A stretch of 64,000 nucleotides of DNA from Dudresnaya verticillata. Taxonomy: Eukaryota. A program made the translations under genes and the position numbers. The notes below the pieces were generated by a model that saw only the letters and a list, made by a program, of their open reading frames with translations, was not told the origin of the DNA and made no database searches. Below are positions 1 to 9,967 of the stretch, piece after piece; position 1 is the first letter of the stretch, and the number at the start of each line of letters is the position of its first letter. The stretch covers positions 744,001 through 808,000 of the forward strand of contig OZ374561.1 of the NCBI GenBank assembly GCA_977862235.1, in the 5' to 3' direction.

Positions 1-169
1 AAATTGTTGCCACGACCACCGTGCATCTAGAAGCAGCATAGCCACGGCGAATGCTAAGCGCAGGGAGCAGGAAGGCGAAGATGCCAACGGCGATGGCGGT
101 AACCAATGCCAGTGTTCCGGCTAGCAAAACAACTGGTCTGGGTATGAAGCGTGCCTCCCCTCTATCCAT
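1..169 (-). CDS. 5' end of a putative membrane protein that runs off the window edge
   Basis: ATG at 169 opens a frame to position 1: MDRGEARFIPRPVVLLAGTLALVTAIAVGIFAFLLPALSIRRGYAASRCTVVVATI, with one strong hydrophobic helix. It is not in the ORF track because it is truncated. Confidence 0.5.
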   Translation of the reverse strand, partial: MDRGEARFIPRPVVLLAGTLALVTAIAVGIFAFLLPALSIRRGYAASRCTVVVATI

Positions 170-378
170 GACAGTTTAGCATTGGTACAGCTCAGTCGCT
201 GGACTGTTGGCCTGTAGATATCCTCTTGGGCCTTGGTACATGCAGCCACGTCCGGTGTAGTAAGGTCACGACCCTCTCGAAGGCTGCCGACAGCACTAGA
301 TCAGCTCAGGGGTTCCGAAGCAATTCCGGAAACCACTCTGGGAAATTAAAACCCCACTCTCTGGTTGATCCATGCAGG

Positions 379-948
379 TCACTTATTTTCCGCGCCGTTG
401 TCCTCTGATCCATCTTTGAGCTGGAGAGCCTGCTTTGCCTCCTGTTCAGCGGTGTCCATGTGGTCACCCTCAGATCCCTTTTCTTCATCCTGAGCATCGG
501 AATTGTGCATAGCAGCAGGAGAAATATCAGTACTTTGGCCTGCGACGTTGCTTTGACCTGATGTGTCCATATCAGGATCACCGATATTCTCGTGATCAAG
601 ATCACTCTTCTCTGCGTTACGCTCGGAGTTCATTGCTGCGGCTTCGAGCTCAAGCCAGGGGTTTTCCACGAACGAAAGCTTGAAGTAGCGATAGCCCCTT
701 TCCACAGGAGTGAACGGGATTCCACCGCCGCGATAGGCACTGCCCCCTCGACCGCGTCCGCGACCACGCTTGAAACCTCGATCTCGACTAAAGTGCCCGC
801 GTCCGCGCCCTCGCCCACGGCCACGACCCCGATTTCGCCCTCGACCACGCTGTCCAGACTGAGCGTTTGCGGGAGCCTGCATGGTGATGTTTCGACTCAC
901 GGTAAATGATGCTGATACTGGTGGTACCAGCGCGACTCGGCGCAACAT
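379..948 (-). CDS. RG/RGG-rich protein with an MPLKIP/TTDN1/SICKLE-like motif
   Basis: 189-aa ORF with RG dipeptide runs, then YFKLSFVENPWLEL (resembles the YxxxSxxEDPW motif of MPLKIP/SICKLE) and an acidic disordered tail. Confidence 0.6.
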   Translation of the reverse strand: MLRRVALVPPVSASFTVSRNITMQAPANAQSGQRGRGRNRGRGRGRGRGRGHFSRDRGFKRGRGRGRGGSAYRGGGIPFTPVERGYRYFKLSFVENPWLELEAAAMNSERNAEKSDLDHENIGDPDMDTSGQSNVAGQSTDISPAAMHNSDAQDEEKGSEGDHMDTAEQEAKQALQLKDGSEDNGAENK

Positions 949-1945
949 GTACTACTCTCTTCCTTTGGGCTTTCCGTTCTGCTCTTCGGCGAAAAGTCGG
1001 ATGCGCTTCGAGGGCTAGAATTGGAGGCCAGTAATGGAAGAGGAGGCCTGTAAGAAAGTAGGTCGGGAACCCGAAATTGTGCCGAGCGTCGGGTGCTGTT
1101 GTGCTGTGCTCTTGGTTTCACTTTGAAAACGAAGTGGTCCGATCGCGGTGTTTCGAGTCAGATTTTCGCGAGCAAATAGCCGAATAAAAAAGGCTACGCA
1201 GAATAAAGGGGCAGGTTGGACATCGTGGACAGTACCACACGTTCTGCAATTGATGCTATCGTCAGAGAAGACGGTATTATACAGTAGCAACCACCTGACC
1301 TTGCGATAGGTCTGCAGTACCGTAGCAGCACTTCTAAGGGTGCGGTGTTTCAACGGATGGAAAGCTGTGCAGCCTGCAGCCTGATAACGATGTGTGTCGT
1401 CACCGGCGGAGCTGGACTGAGCGAATTGGAACATATTGCTGCACGCGATAAGTTGTTGGACCTCAGCATGCGGTCTGACGCAATGGAGTGACGAGGTTCG
1501 GCCATGAACTACCCTCCAAGGGTACCCGAAGGTTATCACGAGGTAAGTATCGAAAAGCGCTGAAGTTGCTCTAGATGAGCTAAGTTGTGCAATGCCGCCT
1601 TGCCTTTCAAACGCGGCTCCTAATACCAAACATTGCCATCACTCTCAACCGTAACTGACCTCGGCTCTACCCCGCCTCAACTTCCGTCGCACGCAGCAAA
1701 TCGCGAACCCGAGAAGCTCTGGGGAGATTGATGAGGTCATAAGATAAAAGGGATGCATATGGTTCTCGTTCTTGGAAAATAAGTCTACTCTCTCTTATTT
1801 AAGCACGGCATGCCAGCCGGTCCGTCAAGAAAGGCAAATAACATAAAACTTTACAATGATAAAACTCTTAGACACATCGTTGCTAACACCCGCGAGCGCG
1901 ATGTATTGTGCAAAGACATGCGAAGAACTCATACGCTCAAGCCGC

Positions 1946-3862
1946 TTAAGACCTTCGCGAACCGCGACGACTCCCTGTCATACGAGCGACAGCCAGCACA
2001 TGCCATAACTTCTGGATCGCAGTCAGTGGCTTCGTAGCAGCCTCCTCAGCCGTGTAACGCCGATGTGCGAAAGAGACAGAAAGTTCCTTTTCTCTAGAGA
2101 ATGGATGTTCCTCTCTCTCCATTCTATTGCCCTCACGTCTTTGTCTCGTAGAGGAAGTGCCGCCATAAGTGCGCTCCTTCCGGGCTCTTGTATTTTCTTC
2201 GTCAGCAACAGGTCTGGAGGGTGGCCTAGGGGGTCGACGCTGACCCTCACCATCCCTTTGCTTCTTTTTGCCGTTGCCACGGGACTTCTTCCCATGGCGC
2301 GCCATATCATACTCCTCTTCACCCCGGGGTTGAGGCGCATATCTGACCGGCTGTTCTGCACGAAGTACGAAGTTCTCCCTGAGCAAGGGGTTCATAGCCT
2401 CCGGGGCGCTTATCTGACGCCCATCTGCCAAAGCGGTCAATCCACCACTAGGTGGATCCGCCTCATAATAGCGGCGTGGCGGTTTCTCAGATGCCTTATC
2501 CTTTCTGCGCGACGAGGAGCTTTTATTCGAATCAAAACGACGGGCCTTGGCTGAATCCATGCGCCTAGCCTTGCCTGAGTCCAAACGACGGGCGTTGTCT
2601 GAATCCATACGTCGTGCCTTGTCTGAATCGATGCGTCGGGCGTTGTCTGAATCCATGCGGCGTGCCTTTTCCGAATCCATACGGCGTGCCTTGTCTGAAT
2701 CCATATGGCGTGCCTTGTCTGAATCCATGCGGCGTGCCTTGTCTGAATCCATACGGTGTGCCTTGTCTGAATCCGTACGGCGTGCTTTGTCTGACTCCAT
2801 GCGGCGAGCCCGGTCCGAGTCCATGCGGCGTGCTCTGCCGGAATCCATGCGTCGTGCTTTACCAGAGTCCATGCGGTGAGCTTTGGCCGAGTCCATGCGG
2901 CTTGCCTTGGCTGAATCCATTTCGGGGGGCGTACCCGAGTCCGTTCTGCGAGCCTTGCCATGAGAGTCAATATGTGCCACAGGATCGGGAGCTGCAGAGT
3001 GCGGAGTAGACGACTGCTTTGATGGGTCTGCATCTTGACGAGAAGCTGCACGCGTGACGCTGGTGGGGACGGCGGTAGTAGGGTCCAGGCGCGGCGTAGG
3101 CTCCGCGTCAGAGTGATGAGATGGGCGTGGTTGGTGACGAGCAGTAGCAAGGCGCAAGGCGGCCTCCTCACCAACGTGTTGCGGCGTGCGAGACTTTGCT
3201 TCGGTGGGCAAGGCCAGGTTGCCCTGGTCTGTCGGGGAGCCGGGGACAGGGGTAGTGGGGGAGGTGGAAAGCGGGGTGGAGGAGTCGCTTGCGGCTCTGG
3301 CGACAACGGCATCATCGGGGGCTGCGGCGGCAGACGCGATGGTGATCGGCGGAACCTTGGCCGGCTTGGATGTGGTGGGGAGGTCTAAAAAGGTAGAGTC
3401 GGGATCTGGGGTGTTGGCGGCGGAGGCGGCGGCGGCCAGGGCGGTGTGGTCGATGAGGAGGTCAGTGCGATCGGCGGTGAGTGCGGAGCGGGAGGGGCGC
3501 TTCTTCTTCTTCTTTTTGGAGGGCTTGTGCGGGTCGCGCAGGCGGCGGGTGCTGCGCACGGCAAAGCTGCTGGCCTCGTCGTCGCTGGTCAGGGACTCGA
3601 GCAGCGAGCGGCGGTTGGGAAACTCGAAGCGCGGCGGGAAGTGGTTGCCCAGCGAGCCGAACGAGCCCGAGCGGGCCTCCGGGGCGATGCGGCGGTAGCG
3701 CAGGCGGGTCTCGGCCATCTCCGGCTGCTTTGGCAGCTGCGGCACGACGGACGAGGCGCGCTCGGCCGGGCGGCGTAGCATGTAGACGTGGTACGGGTCG
3801 TCCTCGACGTCGACCGGGTCCGGCGGGACCTCGTCGATGGGGGGCGGGCCGTGCGGGTCCAT
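1946..3862 (-). CDS. Low-complexity, probably disordered protein with 8-aa RMDSDKAR tandem repeats
   Basis: Long open frame. Likely start is MDPHGPPP at 3862, because the upstream extension crosses a poly-C tract. Contains a KKKKKKR NLS-like run, a Pro/Ser/Thr-rich middle and the repeat block. Confidence 0.7.
   Translation of the reverse strand: MDPHGPPPIDEVPPDPVDVEDDPYHVYMLRRPAERASSVVPQLPKQPEMAETRLRYRRIAPEARSGSFGSLGNHFPPRFEFPNRRSLLESLTSDDEASSFAVRSTRRLRDPHKPSKKKKKKRPSRSALTADRTDLLIDHTALAAAASAANTPDPDSTFLDLPTTSKPAKVPPITIASAAAAPDDAVVARAASDSSTPLSTSPTTPVPGSPTDQGNLALPTEAKSRTPQHVGEEAALRLATARHQPRPSHHSDAEPTPRLDPTTAVPTSVTRAASRQDADPSKQSSTPHSAAPDPVAHIDSHGKARRTDSGTPPEMDSAKASRMDSAKAHRMDSGKARRMDSGRARRMDSDRARRMESDKARRTDSDKAHRMDSDKARRMDSDKARHMDSDKARRMDSEKARRMDSDNARRIDSDKARRMDSDNARRLDSGKARRMDSAKARRFDSNKSSSSRRKDKASEKPPRRYYEADPPSGGLTALADGRQISAPEAMNPLLRENFVLRAEQPVRYAPQPRGEEEYDMARHGKKSRGNGKKKQRDGEGQRRPPRPPSRPVADEENTRARKERTYGGTSSTRQRREGNRMEREEHPFSREKELSVSFAHRRYTAEEAATKPLTAIQKLWHVLAVARMTGSRRGSRRS
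2516..2923 (-). repeat. Coding minisatellite, about 17 x 24 bp
   Basis: Units such as gtctgaatccatgcggcgtgcctt on the + strand. Translates to EMDSAKAS RMDSAKAH RMDSGKAR ... RFDSNKSS. Confidence 0.95.
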
Positions 3863-3932
3863 GGCGGCGGGGGGCGGCGCGGCGGGGGCGGGGAGGGCGC
3901 GGCGGCGCGGGAGCGGGTCGGGCGTGCCGGAA

Positions 3933-3956
3933 GGGGGGGGGGGGGGGGGGGGGGGG
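3933..3956. repeat. Poly-G tract (24 nt)
   Basis: Directly visible. Reads as poly-C on the sense strand about 70 nt upstream of the ATG at 3862. Confidence 0.95.
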
Positions 3957-4651
3957 TTGGGGATGGCGGGCAGTTGCAGGTGCGGGTTTTTCGGCGTTGA
4001 AGTGGCACGGGATGGACACGTCGTGGCTGTTACGGGACCTACTATGACGGCGGCAGCGGCTGGCTGGCTGCGCGCGCGCGCTGCTGCCGGCCCCGCGGGA
4101 GGGGGAATCGCGCGGGCGATGCGCAAGCGCGAGTCTATGACGTCGGTGTAAGGCGGCACGGCGGCACCGCTGTTCGAGGCGCCGCCGCCGCCGCGCGCGC
4201 CCACATGACGCGTGCGCGCAGCGCGGCCGAATTTGCGCAGCGAGAGAGCGCCGGAGAGGCGCGGCGCGGCACTCAAATCAAGTCACAAACGCCCTACGCG
4301 GCCCCCTCTCCCCCCTGTAAGCACCTCCTTACACCTCTCCGCCTCTGCAGCGATGCCGACAGCCCCCGCGCCACCCGCACCGCCGCCCCCATCGCCGCCG
4401 ATGCTTCGCCTTTGCCCCCGATCCACACGCCGCCATCGCAACAGTCGCCTCATCACCCCGCGCCCACGCAGCCGCAGCCGCGCGCGTCCGCCGTCGTCGC
4501 GCGCCCGGTCTCCCCTCGCCCGCGCAATGCAACGCGCCGCGCCGCGCCGCGCCGCCGCGTGCACTAGCCGCGCGCGCGCGCGCCCTTAGCATCGCGCCAG
4601 CCCCCGCCACCGTCGAGGCGCTCCCCGCCCGCCGCACCCACCACGTCAGCC

Positions 4652-6112
4652 ATGCCGAGCCCGTACTCCACCGTGCCGCTGCACGACGACGAGGCCCGCG
4701 CCCTTGTGTCGCTTCACGGGTCGCCCTCGCTTGCGTCGTCGCTCGCCGACCCTGCCGCGCCGCCGCGCGCCTGCCGCGCGTACCTGCTGTGCCCGGCCGC
4801 GGTCTTCGCGTCGCTGCTGCTATTCGTTCTGTACCTGAGCCCTCGCGTGGACCGCGGCGCCGGCGCGGACCGCAGCCGCGCCGGCGCGCCGCCGTCGCCG
4901 CTGTCCGGCCCGGCGTGCGCACGCCTGAACGCGTCGGCCCCGCGCCTGCTGGCCTTCGACCCGTATCTGCCCGCGCCGCCGCCGCGTCTCGACGCAGCGC
5001 TCTCGCAGCCGCGCCTCGCTGCGCAGGACCGCTTCGCCTTCAACGCCGTCCGCATCGCGCAGGGCCTCGGCCGCGCCCTGTACGGCCCGTTCGTAACCGC
5101 GTCCGGCCGCTTCTCGTCGCGCCCGCCCTATCCGGCGCGCGCGCGCCACCTCGTCGCGTTTTACAACAGCTCCAGGGTATTTCGCTACTTTGACGCTGCG
5201 TGCTTCGTCGTCGACCCGGCCGTGTTGAAGCGCGTGTGCAACCCTGACAATTCCGTCCTCGCCTGCGCCAGCTTGGATCGCTGTAGGGCCTCGCCGCTTG
5301 TTACTGCCATCGGAGGAGCGAACGCCCGTTTGCGCACCGTACAGTTGCCAAGCCGTGACTCGAGGCTCGTCGCCTTTGCGTACCGAAACAAGCCCATGCA
5401 GGAGGCCACGTGCCTGCTGGTGGCCGGCTACGATGCTGGCAGCGCCGCGGAGAGCCAGAGCTCGCTGGAATTTATGTCGACAAACCCGCATGCGCGATTA
5501 GATGAGCTCTTCCTGCCGAACAATGCCCTCTCAAAGCTACAGAAGACCGCGTCTGCGACCGTAGTACAGGCTGCGAGGAAGCTGTTTCATAGCACCCCGT
5601 GGTTGATGTGGAAGAGGATTGCAGATCGCCATAAGGAGGATCTGCTGGCCGAGTCGGTCGGGACAAGGAGCACATTTGGAGCTGTGGTCTTTGATACACC
5701 GTGGAACCATATCGTTGGAAAATGCGGGAAGGGCGAGTTTTCTACGGCTTTGAAAGTGGGCGTGAAAGAGTTTGTGGGTACGGATCAAGTCGCGGTGCTT
5801 CACGGCACCATGTTTGCCAGCAGGAAAGACGGCCTTGACGATCTCAAGCAAGAGTTTGGAAGGGGAAAACATAGTGATGCAGTCAACGTCTTGACGGGAA
5901 GCCCGCCGACCAATAATTTGCTCAACCAGCTTCTTGCCATGGAGGCCGTGGCTGTTGCTCGTGACTGTGTTCATATCGTTGCGAGTGTCAAGGAGAAGAC
6001 TGATGTATTTGACGTTTTAAGGTTAGAGCGGTTCGCCGCACCATGTCACAAGATTGTTGTTTCACCAGCCACATACAATTGTTCTGTGACTCATTCCCGT
6101 CATAGTTCTTGA
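4652..6112 (+). CDS. Type II membrane protein, possibly a divergent O-fucosyltransferase-like (GT-B) glycosyltransferase
   Basis: 486 aa: short N-tail, one TM helix (YLLCPAAVFASLLLFVLYL), Pro-rich stem, globular domain. AVRIAQGLGRALYGP and LLAMEAVAVARDCVHI loosely resemble O-FucT motifs. The gene itself is likely, the function is weak. Confidence 0.45.
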   Translation: MPSPYSTVPLHDDEARALVSLHGSPSLASSLADPAAPPRACRAYLLCPAAVFASLLLFVLYLSPRVDRGAGADRSRAGAPPSPLSGPACARLNASAPRLLAFDPYLPAPPPRLDAALSQPRLAAQDRFAFNAVRIAQGLGRALYGPFVTASGRFSSRPPYPARARHLVAFYNSSRVFRYFDAACFVVDPAVLKRVCNPDNSVLACASLDRCRASPLVTAIGGANARLRTVQLPSRDSRLVAFAYRNKPMQEATCLLVAGYDAGSAAESQSSLEFMSTNPHARLDELFLPNNALSKLQKTASATVVQAARKLFHSTPWLMWKRIADRHKEDLLAESVGTRSTFGAVVFDTPWNHIVGKCGKGEFSTALKVGVKEFVGTDQVAVLHGTMFASRKDGLDDLKQEFGRGKHSDAVNVLTGSPPTNNLLNQLLAMEAVAVARDCVHIVASVKEKTDVFDVLRLERFAAPCHKIVVSPATYNCSVTHSRHSS

Positions 6113-6506
6113 ATTGAGAATTGTTCGTACCAACAGTGTCCCGACGATCTAACTCGAGGAATAGATATGCGGTGCTGTTTTTATGCTAGCAGTTAGTTCC
6201 CTGCAGTGTAATAAATGCCTATCCTATTACGGTCGCTCTGGTGTAATAATGCTGTCCCGAAACTTCCATATGTACATTAAAATTCCCCTGGAAGCTGTTG
6301 CACCTCTATGATGTCAAGAGACCCCTTTAGGTACCCTTGAGCACCCTTCAAGGGCACCCCTTACACCTCATGAGATGTGTATGTTTCATATATGTGGACA
6401 GTGCTGTCGCGTCTGGTATGCTTGAGAGCAAAAATAGGTATATGTATATATGCTATTCCAACATAGTGTGTCGGCAATCAGAGCCACCACGTCTTGAGAG
6501 TAGAGG

Positions 6507-7925
6507 TTATCCAGTCTTGCCCATTTCCGGTGGCTCTGCATATGCTGTGTCCTGTGCAATGGAATTGTGAAGAGACGATGGAGCTGGGATAGCATCTCTT
6601 GGCCAAACAAGTAACGACCACATAACTCGAATGCCGAACAGCGAGGAAAATAGTGCTACGGAGAGAGACAGAGCCAGTCCGAGGAAAGCCACCCAAAGGT
6701 CAAATATTGCTCGGATGGCAGCATGTCCCTCCGCCCCGCAAGCCACAAATTCAATCTTGCCGCTAACTCTCTGCAACTCTGAGCAATTGACATACTTGAG
6801 CGTTTCGTCACGTGTCCATAATGCTGTGTCTGCTACACTCTTAGCAGAGGTCTTCAAAAGCAATTCAAGAGCACTTCCAGTGAGTGAGTTGCTAGACAGA
6901 GAATCCACTGTTGACGTCAACTGAGATGAGAGGGAACCAGCGTCAATTCCATCTGGGCACGTAAAATTCGAGTCAACAAGAGCATTGCCTGCAACCTCTG
7001 ATGCGTCAAGATTACCCAAGAGCACTTCACGATATTCATGCACCGAAACACAAACATCAGATACCGCGGCACCAACACCCGAAGCCACGCCTAACAGAAC
7101 CCAGGCTAATAGTGCTGGAAAGAACAAAAACAAGACGTGGGCGAGGATGCGGCAAGTGCGCCAGCGACGTACGACCGGCATTGCACCAACAAAGAACAAG
7201 AGAAGCGGAGCTGAAAGCAACAACAGCACGATGACGAGCAGGACGCCAGAGGTGATGTTGACGGCGCGGCGAACGACTGACAAAACGTCCGTAATGGCCT
7301 CGACAAGACTCTCGAGCGACGTGCGAAGCGGCTCGACATCGGGGTATTTGGTGACGACGTAGCCCTGCACGGCCTCTAGCGCCGGGCGCAAAAAGTCACC
7401 GAGTGATGTGCTGAGAATGCTCTCCAGGCCTCCGCCTGGTTGGAACTCGGTCAGGCGCTTACGGACATAGATTGCAACGTCAACGACAGCAAAGCCTGCC
7501 CGTGATACATCGACGATGATGGCGTTGATGAAGTCGAGGGCATCTGCTGCGGAGTCGTTGAGCGCGGTGACGGAGATGAGGGATATTGCGATGAAGATTG
7601 TAATGAGAAAGGTAAGCACTGCAGCAAAGGCGATGGCGGTGATGGTGCCCCTGCGCGACTCCTCGGTGCGCAGGATGCGTGCATCGACGGCCTTCTGTCT
7701 ACATGTGTAGCGGATGGTGATATGAACGACGAAGAAGAGCGAGAAGACGGCGGCGACAATGATGGGGATGAGGGCAGTGAGGACGACAGGGACGAGGTAG
7801 TCCAGGTCGAACTGGAAAGAGTCGTTTGCAGAGGGCCAACGCGGGATGCCGCGGAAGAAGCCGACGGCGCTAGACGGGGTGATGACATTCGAGTAGTTGA
7901 CGCGGAGCTGGACGTCGGCAGTCAT
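6507..7925 (-). CDS. Tweety (TTYH)-like multi-pass membrane protein
   Basis: Start MTADVQL at 7925. About five TM helices in a 2+2+1 layout. N-terminal FFRGIPR...SFQFDLDYL and post-TM4 AVSDVCVS resemble the TTYH LHxLP..F.P...DY and xSDFCxxP motifs. Confidence 0.6.
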   Translation of the reverse strand: MTADVQLRVNYSNVITPSSAVGFFRGIPRWPSANDSFQFDLDYLVPVVLTALIPIIVAAVFSLFFVVHITIRYTCRQKAVDARILRTEESRRGTITAIAFAAVLTFLITIFIAISLISVTALNDSAADALDFINAIIVDVSRAGFAVVDVAIYVRKRLTEFQPGGGLESILSTSLGDFLRPALEAVQGYVVTKYPDVEPLRTSLESLVEAITDVLSVVRRAVNITSGVLLVIVLLLLSAPLLLFFVGAMPVVRRWRTCRILAHVLFLFFPALLAWVLLGVASGVGAAVSDVCVSVHEYREVLLGNLDASEVAGNALVDSNFTCPDGIDAGSLSSQLTSTVDSLSSNSLTGSALELLLKTSAKSVADTALWTRDETLKYVNCSELQRVSGKIEFVACGAEGHAAIRAIFDLWVAFLGLALSLSVALFSSLFGIRVMWSLLVWPRDAIPAPSSLHNSIAQDTAYAEPPEMGKTG

Positions 7926-8422
7926 GGCGCGGCGGGGGTGAGCGGGGGGGAGGGGAGAGGGTCCGCGGCGGCGAGTCGGGACTCTCGCGGCTCCGCGGTA
8001 GGGTGCGGCCTGGTCATCGGTTGCGGGAGGGGGTGAGGGCAGCAGGAAGCGTAGGAAAGCATTGCTGGCTGAGAGGGGCGGTGCCGGATGCTCGCGGAAC
8101 GGTTCTGTAAACGCAGAAATGGGGCGCAGAGAGATGTTCGGGTGTGTTGTCGAATCAGTGCGCTGACAATGGTGCCACGCGTCCCGGCGTCCCGACATGC
8201 CGGACGGAAGACACCGCCCGAACTGTTGTGACCGTCGTGGGCAGAAGCCGAAGCGCCGTGCAACCGAAAGTGCGCCCGGCCCGGCCCTCCTGTCCGTTCA
8301 TCAGTTCAGCCCTCCACGCCCCGACCCGATTTTATTGCCGGCCATTCCCCACCCCTTCTGCCAGAAACCGCACCCGAAACAGACGCGGTCTGCACATCAC
8401 TGCCACCGCCCGCCCATCGCCG

Positions 8423-9619
8423 TCACGGTCCGGCCCCGTCCAGCCGTAAGAGCGCTCTCCTCTCCTCAAACTCCGCCTTAAACTTCTCAAACCGTCCCTG
8501 CGCAACAGCCTCCCGCAGCCGTGCAAACCACGTCAGATAGTCGAATAAGTTGTGCGCCGCCACGAGCGTCACTCCCATCATCTCATGCACCTCGAAAAGA
8601 TGTCGCACATACCCCCTCGAAAACCCCCCACTGCAAACCCCGCACGCGCACCCGTCCACCAGCCCGCCCTTCCACCTGATCCACTTGCGATCGCGACAGT
8701 TCACGCTCGCCCCACGCGCCAAATCGGTCGCAATCCCCGCCCCCGCCATCTCAAACGGATACCGCCCCTCCACCACGTCAACCCCGCGCGCGACCGCCTC
8801 CAAAACCTCGCCCGGCGCCCCGTGCCCGCCCCCAAGCACCCGCAGCCCGGCCTCGGGCAGCCGCTTCACCACCGCCTCAACGCACGCCCACCGCACTTCG
8901 GGCGTCTCACCCGCGTGCAGCCCGTCGATCGAAAACCCAGCTACGTCCTTCCCAATCCGCCCAGCCTCCTCCGCCGCCCGCCCCCGCACCGCAACGTCAT
9001 CCCCGCCCTGCACGGATGCCAACACCCCACGCGCCCCGGCTGTAAGCACCGCCGCTAGCTGCCGCTCCGTGCGCGACACCCGCCGCTGCAGCGCAGACAC
9101 CCGCCCGTGGGGCAGCCCCGCGGCGTCCGATGGCGACGTCACAAAATGCGTGCGTAGTGCGGCGTGCAGCGCCGCCACGTCATCTGGTGAGATCGCCTCG
9201 CGCCGAGAGGCCGTTGCCGCCTGTAGGTTCAAGCTCTTTCCGGGTGTGTCCGTGATCAGCTCGCATGTCCCTGCCCCACGCCCGCATAGGAATAACACCG
9301 CCGTAGGCTGTGCGCAGTACCCTGCCGCGCCATGCGAGTATGCGCGCGATTCGCGACCGGTTGGTCTTTTGTCGGAGGTCGACCGGTCGCACAGCTTTTG
9401 GAAGAGGTCACGCCCGTGGAGAGGGAGGTTCGGGTTCAGTGTGTTCCAATCGAGGAGCGGTAGCTGCAAGAGTAATGGTGGAGAGCTTGGTGGCAGGGCG
9501 AGGTGGAGTAGCTCGGTTGGTAGACTTGGGAACTGGCCTAGCCGTGTGAAGAGCAGAGGCGCGGGTGTGGGCACGGTCTGTCTATCGATGGTGTGGATGT
9601 TGTTGGTTCGGGGAGCCAT
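8423..9619 (-). CDS. QTRT2: Queuine tRNA-ribosyltransferase accessory subunit-like (TGT family)
   Basis: N-terminal TPAPLLFTRLGQFPSL, then GVDVVEGRYP and the Zn site CACGVC...YVRHLFEVHEM...AHN. The catalytic DSGG motif is absent, consistent with the non-catalytic subunit. Start codon uncertain. Confidence 0.8.
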   Translation of the reverse strand: MAPRTNNIHTIDRQTVPTPAPLLFTRLGQFPSLPTELLHLALPPSSPPLLLQLPLLDWNTLNPNLPLHGRDLFQKLCDRSTSDKRPTGRESRAYSHGAAGYCAQPTAVLFLCGRGAGTCELITDTPGKSLNLQAATASRREAISPDDVAALHAALRTHFVTSPSDAAGLPHGRVSALQRRVSRTERQLAAVLTAGARGVLASVQGGDDVAVRGRAAEEAGRIGKDVAGFSIDGLHAGETPEVRWACVEAVVKRLPEAGLRVLGGGHGAPGEVLEAVARGVDVVEGRYPFEMAGAGIATDLARGASVNCRDRKWIRWKGGLVDGCACGVCSGGFSRGYVRHLFEVHEMMGVTLVAAHNLFDYLTWFARLREAVAQGRFEKFKAEFEERRALLRLDGAGP

Positions 9620-9967
9620 CACGCTCGCAAGCTCAAGGATATCATGGAGATGGGCTGCCGTGCTCCAGAACAGAACAAGGATCTTCTCTGCCTTGCGTCG
9701 TGGATCACTTCGCGTGAATGGCAGTCCTTACTTTTAGGGTCTTTTCCTTTTCTTTTTGCATTTTTTTGTTTTGGCAAATCGACATTCATGCATGCAAGGG
9801 AAGCAGCTGCCCTTCAAGGGAAAACAAGACTGCTTCCGCTCGCGGTTCAGATTCCTACCGTGTACCTACATTAATACCGGTCTAGTCCTCTTCCTCTGCG
9901 TTCGTGCACTATCCTGACCGAAGGAGGCCCCGCAGGTGTCCGTCGCGCGCCACGCTCGTCGCGAGCA

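Noticed and set aside
2516..2923. CRISPR array or separate antisense genes (ESMRRALS and PCLNPYGV ORFs)
   Set aside because: These are contiguous 24-bp coding repeats without spacers. The alternative frames are open only because the repeat unit lacks stops.
3035..5491. Numerous overlapping Arg/Ala/Gly/Pro-rich ORFs
   Set aside because: Artefacts of extreme GC content overlapping two better-supported genes.
8550..9737. 395-aa + strand ORF
   Set aside because: Antisense shadow of the GC-rich QTRT2-like gene, with no motifs.
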